From an uncultured Gammaproteobacteria bacterium (GTDB taxonomy: Bacteria; Patescibacteriota; Microgenomatia; CAZETR01; Amesbacteraceae), in the NCBI GenBank assembly GCA_964543035.1, contig CAZIVL010000002.1, positions 150,948-214,947 of the forward strand: a stretch of DNA of 64,000 nucleotides, read 5' to 3'. A program made the position numbers and the translations under genes. Positions 9,783 through 18,866 of the stretch are shown here, one piece after another. A model generated the notes under the pieces. That model did no database searches, had not been told where the DNA came from, and saw only the letters and a program-made list of their open reading frames with translations. Within the stretch, counting starts at the first letter, position 1. Each line of letters opens with the position of its first letter.

Positions 9783-10745
9783 ATGAATAATTTTCTTGAC
9801 GTACTAAAAAGAAACGCAGCAGTCTTGGGTGTCATGGGGTTGGGAGTACTGGCTGTTACTTCTGCTGTTTTCTTAAGCAGATCTACAAGTACTGTCCCAA
9901 CTGGTACACGAGCAAGTGAAGCAAGCTGCAATATAAGCTACGTCGTAGCTGGGGTGTCTATTGCTCCTACTCCTGAGCCTTGCATTGGAAGTATCGATGT
10001 AAATCTTGTTATGGATAGATCGTCATCCATGAACGTGAACTATACAGATCCAGCGACTGGGGTGACTAAAAAGAGATTGGAATGGGAAAAAGATGCAATG
10101 CTGGCTTTCTTGCAAGCTGCACGTGATCTTGCTCAGTCTGAAGACAATCTGACTATTAAAGCAACTGTGACTTCTTATGGAGCACAAGGAAATATACCTG
10201 ATGGTGAAACTTTGAAATTGGGTAGTGCTTACAGATCAACTCTGCATACTCCTGCACTATTGGACTTGAGAAATATAAACTCATATAACTCTTTGGTATC
10301 TGCTGTGACAGGTGTAGCCTACAACCCATCTGGCGATGGAACTTGTACTGAGTGTGGTCTGAGAATCGGTCGCAAGCAAGTATTTGCTACAAGAGCTAGT
10401 ACGGCACTTGTAAAAGCAAATGTATTGATCGCGGATGGACTGTCTAACAGAGTATGGGACGGTACAGGGTATCTAGAGCCCACATGGAAAGACGAAGATC
10501 CTGCCAATCCTGCTAATCAAAAAGCGGTTTCGGAAGCGGCTTTGGGTAAAGGTGAAAGAATTGAGCACTATGTAGTAGGGTACGGATCTGGCGTAAACTT
10601 TAATGGAAGAACATTGCAATCTATTTCTAACACTGGTCAAAGCCCTTATTACACAGCCAATCCAATTCCTACTGATTGGGCAAGCACAATGAGTAAAGTA
10701 TTGGCTAACTTGTGTGAAGTGAGTAGCGAAAGAGCTGGACGATGA
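9783..10745 (+). CDS. von Willebrand factor type A (vWA) domain surface protein
   Basis: MIDAS motif DRSSSM after an N-terminal TM/signal; start chosen at second Met after upstream stop (ORF also open from 9744). Confidence 0.65.
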   Translation: MNNFLDVLKRNAAVLGVMGLGVLAVTSAVFLSRSTSTVPTGTRASEASCNISYVVAGVSIAPTPEPCIGSIDVNLVMDRSSSMNVNYTDPATGVTKKRLEWEKDAMLAFLQAARDLAQSEDNLTIKATVTSYGAQGNIPDGETLKLGSAYRSTLHTPALLDLRNINSYNSLVSAVTGVAYNPSGDGTCTECGLRIGRKQVFATRASTALVKANVLIADGLSNRVWDGTGYLEPTWKDEDPANPANQKAVSEAALGKGERIEHYVVGYGSGVNFNGRTLQSISNTGQSPYYTANPIPTDWASTMSKVLANLCEVSSERAGR

Positions 10746-11056
10746 GTATTTTGGATCTAACTAGTGATGATTTTGGTACTGTGGTGGCTTCTGGATATTG
10801 GTTTGTAGATTTTTGGGCACCGTGGTGTGGACCATGCAAAATGGCGGCCCCGGTTATTGAGGAGCTGGCTTCTGAGTATGAAGGTAAAGTAAAGTTTGGG
10901 AAAGTGAATGTGGATGATTATCCTGACTTGGCTCAGAAGTACAACACTATGAGTATTCCGACTTGTATCCTGTTTAAGGATGGAACCGAAGTAGTCAGAC
11001 ATGTAGGTTTTTCGGGAAGAGCAGGATATGTGCAACTATTGAGTAAAGTCTTCTAG
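10742..11056 (+). CDS. trxA: thioredoxin
   Basis: WCGPCK active site; 104 aa; ATGA overlap with upstream stop. Confidence 0.85.
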   Translation: MSILDLTSDDFGTVVASGYWFVDFWAPWCGPCKMAAPVIEELASEYEGKVKFGKVNVDDYPDLAQKYNTMSIPTCILFKDGTEVVRHVGFSGRAGYVQLLSKVF

Positions 11057-11076
11057 TAAGGTAGATTGGATTAGCT

Positions 11077-12027
11077 ATGGATGAAGTATTTGATGTGATA
11101 ATTATCGGCTCGGGGCCGGCGGGTCTCACTGCTGGGATATATACCTCGCGAGCAAATATGAAGACTCTACTTTTGGCTGGAAGTAACTGGGGAGGACAAT
11201 TGATGCTAACAACAACCGTGGAAAACTTTCCGGGCTTTCCTGACGGAGTAGAAGGACCAGAACTGATGGGACGAATGCGGACACAAGCAGAAAGGTTTGG
11301 GGTAAAAGTACTGGAGGAAGATGTGGAAAAAATAGATTTTGGGAAGAAGCCGTTTGTCGTAAATGGTCATTTTGGTAAATCGGTAATAATTGCCACGGGG
11401 GCTTCTTCTCTGTGGCTCGGTGTACCTGGAGAACAGAGACTCATTGGGCGAGGAGTGAGTACTTGTGCGCCCTGTGATGCGCCATTTTTTAGAGATAAAA
11501 AAGTAATCGTGGTAGGAGGAGGAGATGCGGCTATGGAAGAAGCCCTAGTGCTCGCTAAGTTTGCCCATGAAGTGATTCTTATGCATCGAAGATCTACTTT
11601 TAGGGCGAGCAAGGTCATGCAAGACCGGGTCCTCGCTAATCCTAAAGTAAAAGTGATGTATGAGGCAGAAATAGAAGAAATATTGGGGGAGCAAAAAGTA
11701 ACGGGAGTGAAGATAAAAAACCAACACAAAGTAATTGACTGTGATGGAGTATTTGTGGCCATTGGACACGCTCCGATGGCAAAGATATTTGAAGGTCAGG
11801 TGGATCTAGATGAAAAAGGTTATGTGCTGTCGAAAAGACATGGGAAGTTTGCAAAGCAAGAAGATGATGGGACTGTCAAAATGCACTCGTATCATTCAAT
11901 GACCTCGGTAGATGGAGTATTTGTAGCCGGAGACGTGCATGACTTTCACTACCGTCAGGCCATCACGGCAGCTGGATATGGATGCGAAGCAGCACTAGAA
12001 TGTGAGAGATGGTTGCAAGAGCAGTGA
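11077..12027 (+). CDS. trxB: thioredoxin-disulfide reductase
   Basis: FAD motif IIGSGPAGLTAG, redox-active CAPC (STCAPCDA), NADPH motif VVGGGDAAMEEA. Confidence 0.85.
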   Translation: MDEVFDVIIIGSGPAGLTAGIYTSRANMKTLLLAGSNWGGQLMLTTTVENFPGFPDGVEGPELMGRMRTQAERFGVKVLEEDVEKIDFGKKPFVVNGHFGKSVIIATGASSLWLGVPGEQRLIGRGVSTCAPCDAPFFRDKKVIVVGGGDAAMEEALVLAKFAHEVILMHRRSTFRASKVMQDRVLANPKVKVMYEAEIEEILGEQKVTGVKIKNQHKVIDCDGVFVAIGHAPMAKIFEGQVDLDEKGYVLSKRHGKFAKQEDDGTVKMHSYHSMTSVDGVFVAGDVHDFHYRQAITAAGYGCEAALECERWLQEQ

Positions 12028-12053
12028 GTGCATGATATTGTAATTAGCACTGT

Positions 12054-12887
12054 ATGGCGACACGAAGAACAACTAAAAAAGTCGAACAAGAATATGTAGC
12101 TCCTCAACCTGTGATGTATGCAGCTCCACAAAAGAGTGCTTTGGAAAAAGCAGCCCCCTTGCTCGCAATCCTGGTCGTCGGAATGGCATTTGCAATGGGA
12201 GTCATGTGGACAAAGATGAGCAGTGGAACTGCAACAACTGGGGGAACGGCAGCAGTAAATAGTAAATATAAGAATCTGACTAAAGCATTTGAAGATTACG
12301 CAAAACAAATAAAAGCAGATCCTAAGAAGATTGCTTCTTGTATGTCCTCTGGTAGTAAAAAAGATCAGATCAATAAAGATCTGGAAGAGGGAACCGGATA
12401 TGGAGTGACGGGAACTCCAGGATTTTTCGTAAACGGTAAATTCTTAGGAGGAGCATTTCCTCTAAATCTGTTTAAAGAAATCATCGACAAAGAACTCGCT
12501 GGAACGGGAAGTACTGACGCAACCAAATACTCAGCAGAGCTCGCACAGGCGGCTGAAGGTGGATACTTTAAAGCTACACCCGTCCAAATAAATGTGGGCA
12601 ATGGTCAAACTAAGGGACCGGCAGATGCCAAGATCACACTCGTCGAATACTCTGACTTTCAGTGTCCTTATTGTTCTCGCGCTGAGCCCACAGTCGAGCA
12701 GCTCTTGAAAGACTATGAAGGCAAGATCAGACTGGTCTACAAAGAGTATCCTCTAACCCAGATCCACCCCAACGCTTTTGCCGCATCTGAATTTGCACTG
12801 TGTGCTGGAGATCAAGGAAAGTACTGGGAAGCACATGACCTCTTGTTCACAAACCAAGCGGAGTGGAGTAGTTTGCCACAGAGTTGA
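12054..12887 (+). CDS. membrane-anchored DsbA-like thiol:disulfide oxidoreductase, apparently circularly permuted
   Basis: CPYC motif (SDFQCPYCSR) in the C-terminal half; the DsbA C-terminal cis-Pro region (GVTGTPGFFVNGK) sits N-terminal of it; TM anchor near the N-terminus. Confidence 0.7.
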   Translation: MATRRTTKKVEQEYVAPQPVMYAAPQKSALEKAAPLLAILVVGMAFAMGVMWTKMSSGTATTGGTAAVNSKYKNLTKAFEDYAKQIKADPKKIASCMSSGSKKDQINKDLEEGTGYGVTGTPGFFVNGKFLGGAFPLNLFKEIIDKELAGTGSTDATKYSAELAQAAEGGYFKATPVQINVGNGQTKGPADAKITLVEYSDFQCPYCSRAEPTVEQLLKDYEGKIRLVYKEYPLTQIHPNAFAASEFALCAGDQGKYWEAHDLLFTNQAEWSSLPQS

Positions 12888-12919
12888 GGAACTTAGTAGC
12901 CCTATAGTATAATGGGGGA

Positions 12920-13141
12920 ATGACAAATCGGATTGAGAAAATATTGGAGAATTTGGGCGTAGGTGGTGGAACTATTAGGAGATTTGGGACATCGACTGAA
13001 GATGATGGTGAAGATGTTGTGGTTAGAGAAGTTGGAAGGGCGTTATTTGCCGCGGTTTGTTGGAATTGGCCTTTAGTGGAGCATGCTGTGCGTACTGGAG
13101 TAGACCAAGCTTATGATGCTCTGCAAAAAGTAATAAAATAA
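12920..13141 (+). CDS. small hypothetical protein (leaderless; TATAAT 12908-12913)
   Basis: 73 aa ORF starting 6 nt after a TATAAT. Confidence 0.3.
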   Translation: MTNRIEKILENLGVGGGTIRRFGTSTEDDGEDVVVREVGRALFAAVCWNWPLVEHAVRTGVDQAYDALQKVIK

Positions 13142-13143
13142 TT

Positions 13144-13671
13144 TTGATTATGAAACTGGGGGCGAAGGAATTAAGAATCACCAAACCGACTGAGGAACAG
13201 TTGGCAGCACTAGTCAAAAAGCCCATATATCTGATCTTGGACAATGTGCTGGATACCTACAATATTGGGTCTCTATTTAGACTGGCTGATGCTATCGGGG
13301 CACAAGAAATCATCATGTGTGGAGCCAGTGAGACGCCGCCATCGAGTAGGATCCATAAAGCGGCTGTAGGGACAGAAGAGTGGGTGAAGTGGAGCTATGC
13401 GGCTACTGCTGCGGAGGCCATTAAGCGATTAAGGGACGAAGGGGTAAAGATCGTTGTAGTAGAACAAGATAAAAGAGCGGTGAAGCTGGCAGAGCTTGAG
13501 GTCAAACTGCCTGTGGCAATAGTCATCGGGCATGAGACGAGTGGGGTGTCGAAAGAAGCGCTAGATCTGGCTGATGTGATCGTGGAAATACCGATGTATG
13601 GGGTAAACAAGAGCCTAAATGTACATGTGTCTGCCAGTATCGTGGCATATGAAGTATTGGGATTGACATGA
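13144..13671 (+). CDS. SpoU/TrmH-family RNA 2'-O-methyltransferase
   Basis: IYLILDNVLDTYNIGSLFRLADAIGA...HETSGVS motifs of SPOUT methylases. Confidence 0.75.
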   Translation: MIMKLGAKELRITKPTEEQLAALVKKPIYLILDNVLDTYNIGSLFRLADAIGAQEIIMCGASETPPSSRIHKAAVGTEEWVKWSYAATAAEAIKRLRDEGVKIVVVEQDKRAVKLAELEVKLPVAIVIGHETSGVSKEALDLADVIVEIPMYGVNKSLNVHVSASIVAYEVLGLT

Positions 13672-13945
13672 CATTGGGAATATGACCATAATAGATGTAT
13701 GGCAAAGAAACAGAAGGTAAGTGGGATCAAGGTGGGGAAAGTGAATCTGAAACTACTGGCTCTAATGGTGGCAGGGCTTGCTCTGGCCGTCGTAGAGCTG
13801 GTCTACTACGTCTAACTTTAGGACTTGGCTCTGGAGGGTCAAGGTTGTATAATCATGGGTACTTCGAGTCTGGCCCTTTGACAAGTTATGCCTAAACGAA
13901 AATAACTTCTTGTATTTCAAGAAGTGGAATGGAAACGTCTTTTTT

Positions 13946-15435
13946 TTGAGAATTTGATCCTGGTTCAGGATGAACGCTGGCGGAGTGCCTTAAGCATGCA
14001 AGTGGAACGGGTGAGACCCGCAAGGGTTGAACTAGTCGCAGACGGGTGAGTAATACTTAGGAATCTACCATTTGGCGGGGAACAACTTGGCGAAAGCCGG
14101 GCTAATACCGCATAACACCGCAAGGTAAAAGACCCTAACCGGTCACCGAATGAGGAGCCTATGGCCTATCAGCTAGTTGGTGGGGTAAAAGCCTACCAAG
14201 GCGATGACGGGTAGCTGGACTGAGAGGTCGATCAGCCACAATAGCACTGAGACACGGGCTATACGTCTACGGACGGCAGCAACTGGGAATATTGCACAAT
14301 GGGCGAAAGCCTGATGCAGCGACTCCGCGTGGAGGATGAAGGTCTTTGGATCGTAAACTCCTTTTGACAAAGAAGCCGAGACCGCAAGGTCAAGGGACGG
14401 TATTTGTAGAATAAGCATCTGCTAACCACGTGCCAGCAGCCGCGGTAATACGTGGGATGCGAGCGTTATCCGGATTTACTGGGCGTAAAGAGTTCGTAGG
14501 CGTTTTGGTGCATTTCATTTCAAATTCCGAGGCTTAACCTCGGGCAGGGATGAAAGATGACCAGAATTAGAGTTTGCTAGGGGGTACTGGAACTCATAGT
14601 GTAGCAGTGAAATGCGTTGATATTATGAGGAACACCAAGGGCGAAGGCAGGTACCTGGGGCAACACTGACGCTGAGGAACGAAAGCTAGGGGAGCGAAAG
14701 GGATTAGAGACCCCTGTAGTCCTAGCCGTAAACGATGTCCGTTTGATCCTCGGATTTATTTGGGGGTCGAAGCTAACGCGTGAAACGGACCGCCTGGGGA
14801 GTACGGCCGCAAGGTTAAAACTCAAAGGAATTGACGGGAAGGCGCACAACCAGGGGAGCATGTGGTTCAATTCGATACGAAGCGATGGACCTTACCCAGA
14901 TTTGACATGTAATCGTACATTTCCCAAGAAACTGGGAGAAATCCGCAAGGATGATTACACAGCTGCTGCATGGCTATCGTCAGCTCGTGCCGTGGGGTGT
15001 CTACTTAAGTGTAGAAACGAGCGCAACCCTTACTCTGTGTTCAATAGTCACAGAGAACTGCTTTGCATTTAGTAAAGAGGAAGGAGGGGATGATGTTAAG
15101 TCAGCATGGCGCTTATATCTGGGGCCACACACATCCTACAATGGGGTGGAACAATGGGTTGCCAAGCCGTAAGGCGGAGCTAATCCCAACAAAACACCCC
15201 CCAGTTCAGATTGAGGTCTGAAATTCGACCTCATGAAGATGGACTTGGTAGTAATCGCGAATCAGCAGGTCGCGGTGAATACGTTCTCGCCTTTTGTACA
15301 CACCGCCCATCAAGCCAGCAAAGTCGGCAGTGCCTGATACCTCGGGTTTCCCGGGACAAGGGTAAGGTCGGCGATGAGGGCTAAGTTGTAACAAGGTATC
15401 CCTAGCCGAAGCTGGGGATGGATCACCTCCTTTCT
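13946..15435 (+). rRNA. rrs: 16S ribosomal RNA
   Basis: 5' GAGAATTTGATCCTGGTTCAG, GTGCCAGCAGCCGCGGTAATAC at about 14433, 3' GGATCACCTCCTTT; about 1.49 kb, no insertions. Confidence 0.9.
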
Positions 15436-15567
15436 AGGAGAATCAACACCCAGAGAGTTTTGTAATTCTCTCTTTAAGTAAAAATCACACATAAATAGAG
15501 TCACTACAACGTCATAGTTTGTGACTGCTATAAAAAGCGTTTCCATCCACTTCTTGGTATACAAGAC

Positions 15568-15873
15568 ATGGCACTACGTGAAGGCATAACTTTAATTAAC
15601 CCGCTAGTAATGGCGGGTTTTTTGATGCAAGATTTAGGGATGAGAGGTCTTGCAGTAGAGCTTTGTGGTATGAATAGTCCTGCTGGCTTTGATTGTGAGA
15701 ATGTAGATTGTCCGGTAAAAAAACTGCATGTTGGAAAAGGGGGAGATGTGGATGTAATTTGTGCATGTGGGTTAATGGGAGGAATCGGTTTTTTGAAGCA
15801 GAACACCAGACCTGATGTAACGGTGTCGATGAGAGGAGATGGGGAAGAGTATAATCTTGTTTCCCATGAATGA
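15568..15873 (+). CDS. small Cys-rich hypothetical protein
   Basis: 101 aa ORF immediately 3' of 16S; eight Cys. Confidence 0.3.
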   Translation: MALREGITLINPLVMAGFLMQDLGMRGLAVELCGMNSPAGFDCENVDCPVKKLHVGKGGDVDVICACGLMGGIGFLKQNTRPDVTVSMRGDGEEYNLVSHE

Positions 15874-16090
15874 GAATTTACGTGTTTGCCCTATTAGTCG
15901 AGGAAGAGCGAAAGTAGCAGGTTTTGAGATGTGGAAAGATAATTATCTGAGTCCGGGTGGCATTTCGGTTTTGGATAAATGTAAGGCGGCTGAAATAGGA
16001 GAAACGGATACAGGATCAGAAGACGACAAATTTGAAGTGCCATGTAAAGTCTGTGCGAGAATGATATGTGGGGTTAGAATAAATGGATGA
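15839..16090 (+). CDS. small Cys-containing hypothetical protein
   Basis: 83 aa ORF, CxxC-like pairs (CKVCARMIC). Confidence 0.3.
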   Translation: MGKSIILFPMNENLRVCPISRGRAKVAGFEMWKDNYLSPGGISVLDKCKAAEIGETDTGSEDDKFEVPCKVCARMICGVRING

Positions 16091-16284
16091 ATAATCTGAA
16101 ACTAAAAGAGTTAGAGGAAAAGCTCGTGAAATATCGGGCGGAGCTGGCTGTCAAAAAAAGAAACTTTCGGGGGATAAAACACGAAGATAGTCTATCTGAA
16201 ATGAGATATACCGAATACCGAGTGTATCAGGATATGGTGGATGGACTGGAGCGCGAGATTGCGATGTTGAAAAAGAGGAAGTAA
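16087..16284 (+). CDS. small coiled-coil hypothetical protein
   Basis: 65 aa, heptad-like KLKELEEKLVKYRAELAVKK. Confidence 0.3.
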   Translation: MNNLKLKELEEKLVKYRAELAVKKRNFRGIKHEDSLSEMRYTEYRVYQDMVDGLEREIAMLKKRK

Positions 16285-16293
16285 GATTTGGGT

Positions 16294-16443
16294 ATGTTGA
16301 CGTTTCCTGAAGCTAAGGGAAGAGGAAGTTGTGTGGAGTATGGCCTAACATTAGTGCTTATTGGAGCAGTTGGTGTTGCCGTAATCGGTGCATTGGGCCC
16401 TGCAATCTCTCATGTGTTTTGGGAAAATATGAAAAATTTCTAG
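16294..16443 (+). CDS. Flp/Fap-type (type IVb) pilin-like small protein
   Basis: 49 aa not in the ORF track; MLTFPEAKGRG|SCVEYGLTLVLIGAVGVAVIGALG fits the Flp G/xxxxEYGL prepilin motif plus hydrophobic helix. Confidence 0.5.
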   Translation: MLTFPEAKGRGSCVEYGLTLVLIGAVGVAVIGALGPAISHVFWENMKNF

Positions 16444-16456
16444 GTGTGGTAGAATT

Positions 16457-17059
16457 TTGAGGATGAGTGATTTGGATACAGAACAGACATCGCAACTTGG
16501 TGAAATTTCTAGAAATCGAATTCCTCTGACATCTGCAAGATTTGATGACGATGACATGAAAAAGAAGGATTTGGTATGGTTTAATAATTTGAGTTCAAGT
16601 GAAAGATTGGAAATCGCAAGGCAAGCTGCAGCAAAATTACATGGCACATTGAGGGAAAGGGCAAGTCAGGATGCGTCAGCTTTGGAAGCTTATGGAGGTC
16701 CTGTAACGTGTGTGACAACAGATCGCTTTGGAGTCGTTAATAATGCTGGTTTTTTATATAAACAAAAAGGGCAAGAGCCCTTTGTTTTTAATGGGGTTGG
16801 GTTTGAAAGAAGAATAGTAGGCAGTGGAGTGGAAGTTGCCATAACAACTAAAAATGGCGCTGGAATCGATGTTGGGAATTTTACAATGGATGTTGGGTTT
16901 GGAGATGATGATTTGAGGCCTGTATTGAGATTTCCGTTAGGAGAAAATCCTAAGGAAAATCCAACGTTGTTGCCAAATACTGCTTATATATTGCCGTGGT
17001 CTGAGGCGGGGAGAGCGAAGACTGCAATTGCTCATCTGGTGGCTGAAGCAATTAGATAG
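16457..17059 (+). CDS. hypothetical protein
   Basis: 200 aa ORF, no TM, no recognised motif. Confidence 0.45.
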   Translation: MRMSDLDTEQTSQLGEISRNRIPLTSARFDDDDMKKKDLVWFNNLSSSERLEIARQAAAKLHGTLRERASQDASALEAYGGPVTCVTTDRFGVVNNAGFLYKQKGQEPFVFNGVGFERRIVGSGVEVAITTKNGAGIDVGNFTMDVGFGDDDLRPVLRFPLGENPKENPTLLPNTAYILPWSEAGRAKTAIAHLVAEAIR

Positions 17060-17089
17060 GGGTTTGGTGTATAATTTTGAGGCTACTTT

Positions 17090-17161
17090 GGGTGCGTAGT
17101 TCAGTGGTAGAACGCATTCCTGATAAGAATGAGGTCCATGGTTCGATTCCATGCGCACCCA
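17090..17161 (+). tRNA. tRNA-Ile (anticodon GAT)
   Basis: Cloverleaf: acceptor GGGTGCG/CGCACCC, anticodon loop CTGATAA, T-loop TTCGATT; CCA not encoded. Confidence 0.9.
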
Positions 17162-17164
17162 CTA

Positions 17165-18154
17165 ATGAAGAGCCTCTTGAAAAATAAGTGGTTTTGGGTG
17201 GTCATTGTGATCCTTCTCGTCGGGGGAGGATACTTGTGGAATAAGCAAAATCAGGCGAAGGTACAAAGTGAAAAGATAAAAATCGTGTCGGTGGAGAAGA
17301 AAAATATCGTGGAGAGCATCGTGGTTTCTGGCAAGATCGCAGCTGAGAAGCAGGCAACACTGACATTTCCAGCTGCTGGAAAACTATCTTACGTAAACGT
17401 AAAACCAGGAGATTCGGTCAAGGCTGGACAATGGATGGCATCACTCGACACGGGAGACTTGCAAGCGGCAGTCACTAAAGCTTGGTACACCTATTTGTCA
17501 TATGACGCGGCAGCCAAAGTGGCAGAAGATAGTGTAAAAGGGCATGAGTCGGATGAAACATTTGCCCAGAAAAATACTCGAGTGTCTGCCCAAACGGCCA
17601 GAGACAGTGCGTATGAGAATTGGCTTTCGGCTAATCGGGCTGTGCAACTGGCGGTTCTAAAATCTCCATTTGTGGGTATGGTAACTGAAGTGACGGTTTC
17701 TGCTTCCGGAGACACAGTGGGAATAACTGATGGGATTACAGTCGTGGATCCGGAAACGCTATATTTTGACACTGAAGTAGATGAAACAGATTTTGGGAAA
17801 ATAAAAGTCGGTCAGAAGGCAATCGTGAAATTGGATGCTTATGAGGATATGGAATTTGAGGGCACGGTGACCAGAATGGGGTTTGCCACGAGACTCTCTG
17901 ACTCGGGAGCTACAGTTATCCCAATCCGAATTAGTATCGTGGCCGATGGACTACGAGTGGGACTAAATGGAGATGCAGAACTCATTATCCAGGAAAAAGA
18001 AAACGTGCTGACTCTGCCTATTGAGGCAGTTAATGATGGCCAAGTAGAGAAAACTGATGGCAAGCAGATGGATGTCAAGACCGGCATCGAAAGCGAGGAA
18101 GATGTGGAAATAATATCTGGGATAAATGAGGGTGATCAGGTCGTAATAAAATAA
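17165..18154 (+). CDS. HlyD/MacA-family membrane-fusion (periplasmic adaptor) protein, YknX-like
   Basis: N-terminal TM, long coiled-coil region, beta-barrel/lipoyl-like segments; start taken at ATG 17165 just after tRNA-Ile. Confidence 0.7.
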   Translation: MKSLLKNKWFWVVIVILLVGGGYLWNKQNQAKVQSEKIKIVSVEKKNIVESIVVSGKIAAEKQATLTFPAAGKLSYVNVKPGDSVKAGQWMASLDTGDLQAAVTKAWYTYLSYDAAAKVAEDSVKGHESDETFAQKNTRVSAQTARDSAYENWLSANRAVQLAVLKSPFVGMVTEVTVSASGDTVGITDGITVVDPETLYFDTEVDETDFGKIKVGQKAIVKLDAYEDMEFEGTVTRMGFATRLSDSGATVIPIRISIVADGLRVGLNGDAELIIQEKENVLTLPIEAVNDGQVEKTDGKQMDVKTGIESEEDVEIISGINEGDQVVIK

Positions 18155-18181
18155 TGTTTAATGTCTAATATTTAATGTTTA

Positions 18182-18865
18182 ATGCAAAATATTCCTGTAA
18201 TTGAGTTTAAGAAAGTAAGTAGAGTTTACGGTGATCCAAACAATGAGGGGACGATGGTGAGGGCACTGGATAATGTAAGCTTTGAGATAAAAAAAGGCGA
18301 GTTTGTGGCAATCACTGGACCATCTGGATCTGGTAAATCCACACTACTACATCTCATTGGACTACTCGATAAACCGACGGAGGGAGAAATACTGGTGGAT
18401 GGAGAACAGGCAAGTAAATTGTCGGATGCGAAACTCGCAAAACTGCGAAATAAAAAAATAGGATTTGTGTTTCAACAATTTAATTTACTAAAGAGGACTG
18501 GGGCACTCAAAAACGTAGAACTACCTTTAGTGTATGCAGGAATAAGTAGTTCTGAAAGAACACGGATTGCAAAAGCCGAGCTGGAAAAAGTGGGACTCGG
18601 AGATAGGCTAAATAATAGTCCGGCTCAATTGTCGGGAGGACAACAACAAAGAGTGGCGATTGCCAGAGCATTGGTCACTAATCCATCACTCCTTTTGGCT
18701 GATGAACCGACTGGGAATCTGGATAGTAAAACAGGACAGGAAATACTGCAGTTATTTGAAGACCTGCATAAAAATGGAGTGACGATAGTACTGGTCACAC
18801 ATGACTCAAGTATTGCCAAAAAAGCGAAGAGACAGATTGTCATTCGAGATGGGAGGGTGGCATAA
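18182..18865 (+). CDS. ABC transporter ATP-binding protein (MacB/LolD/YknY-type)
   Basis: Walker A GPSGSGKST, signature LSGGQQQRVAIARAL, Walker B LLLADEPTGNLD. Confidence 0.85.
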   Translation: MQNIPVIEFKKVSRVYGDPNNEGTMVRALDNVSFEIKKGEFVAITGPSGSGKSTLLHLIGLLDKPTEGEILVDGEQASKLSDAKLAKLRNKKIGFVFQQFNLLKRTGALKNVELPLVYAGISSSERTRIAKAELEKVGLGDRLNNSPAQLSGGQQQRVAIARALVTNPSLLLADEPTGNLDSKTGQEILQLFEDLHKNGVTIVLVTHDSSIAKKAKRQIVIRDGRVA

Positions 18866-18866
18866 C

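Noticed and set aside
13695-13895. 66-aa Gly/Arg-rich ORF upstream of 16S
   Set aside because: It falls in the rRNA promoter/leader region, has low complexity, and no start context.
14173-15806. ORFs of 60-109 aa on both strands inside the 16S gene (and similar ones inside 23S, 23505-26895)
   Set aside because: They lie within rRNA sequence with conserved rRNA motifs, so they are artefacts of six-frame translation.
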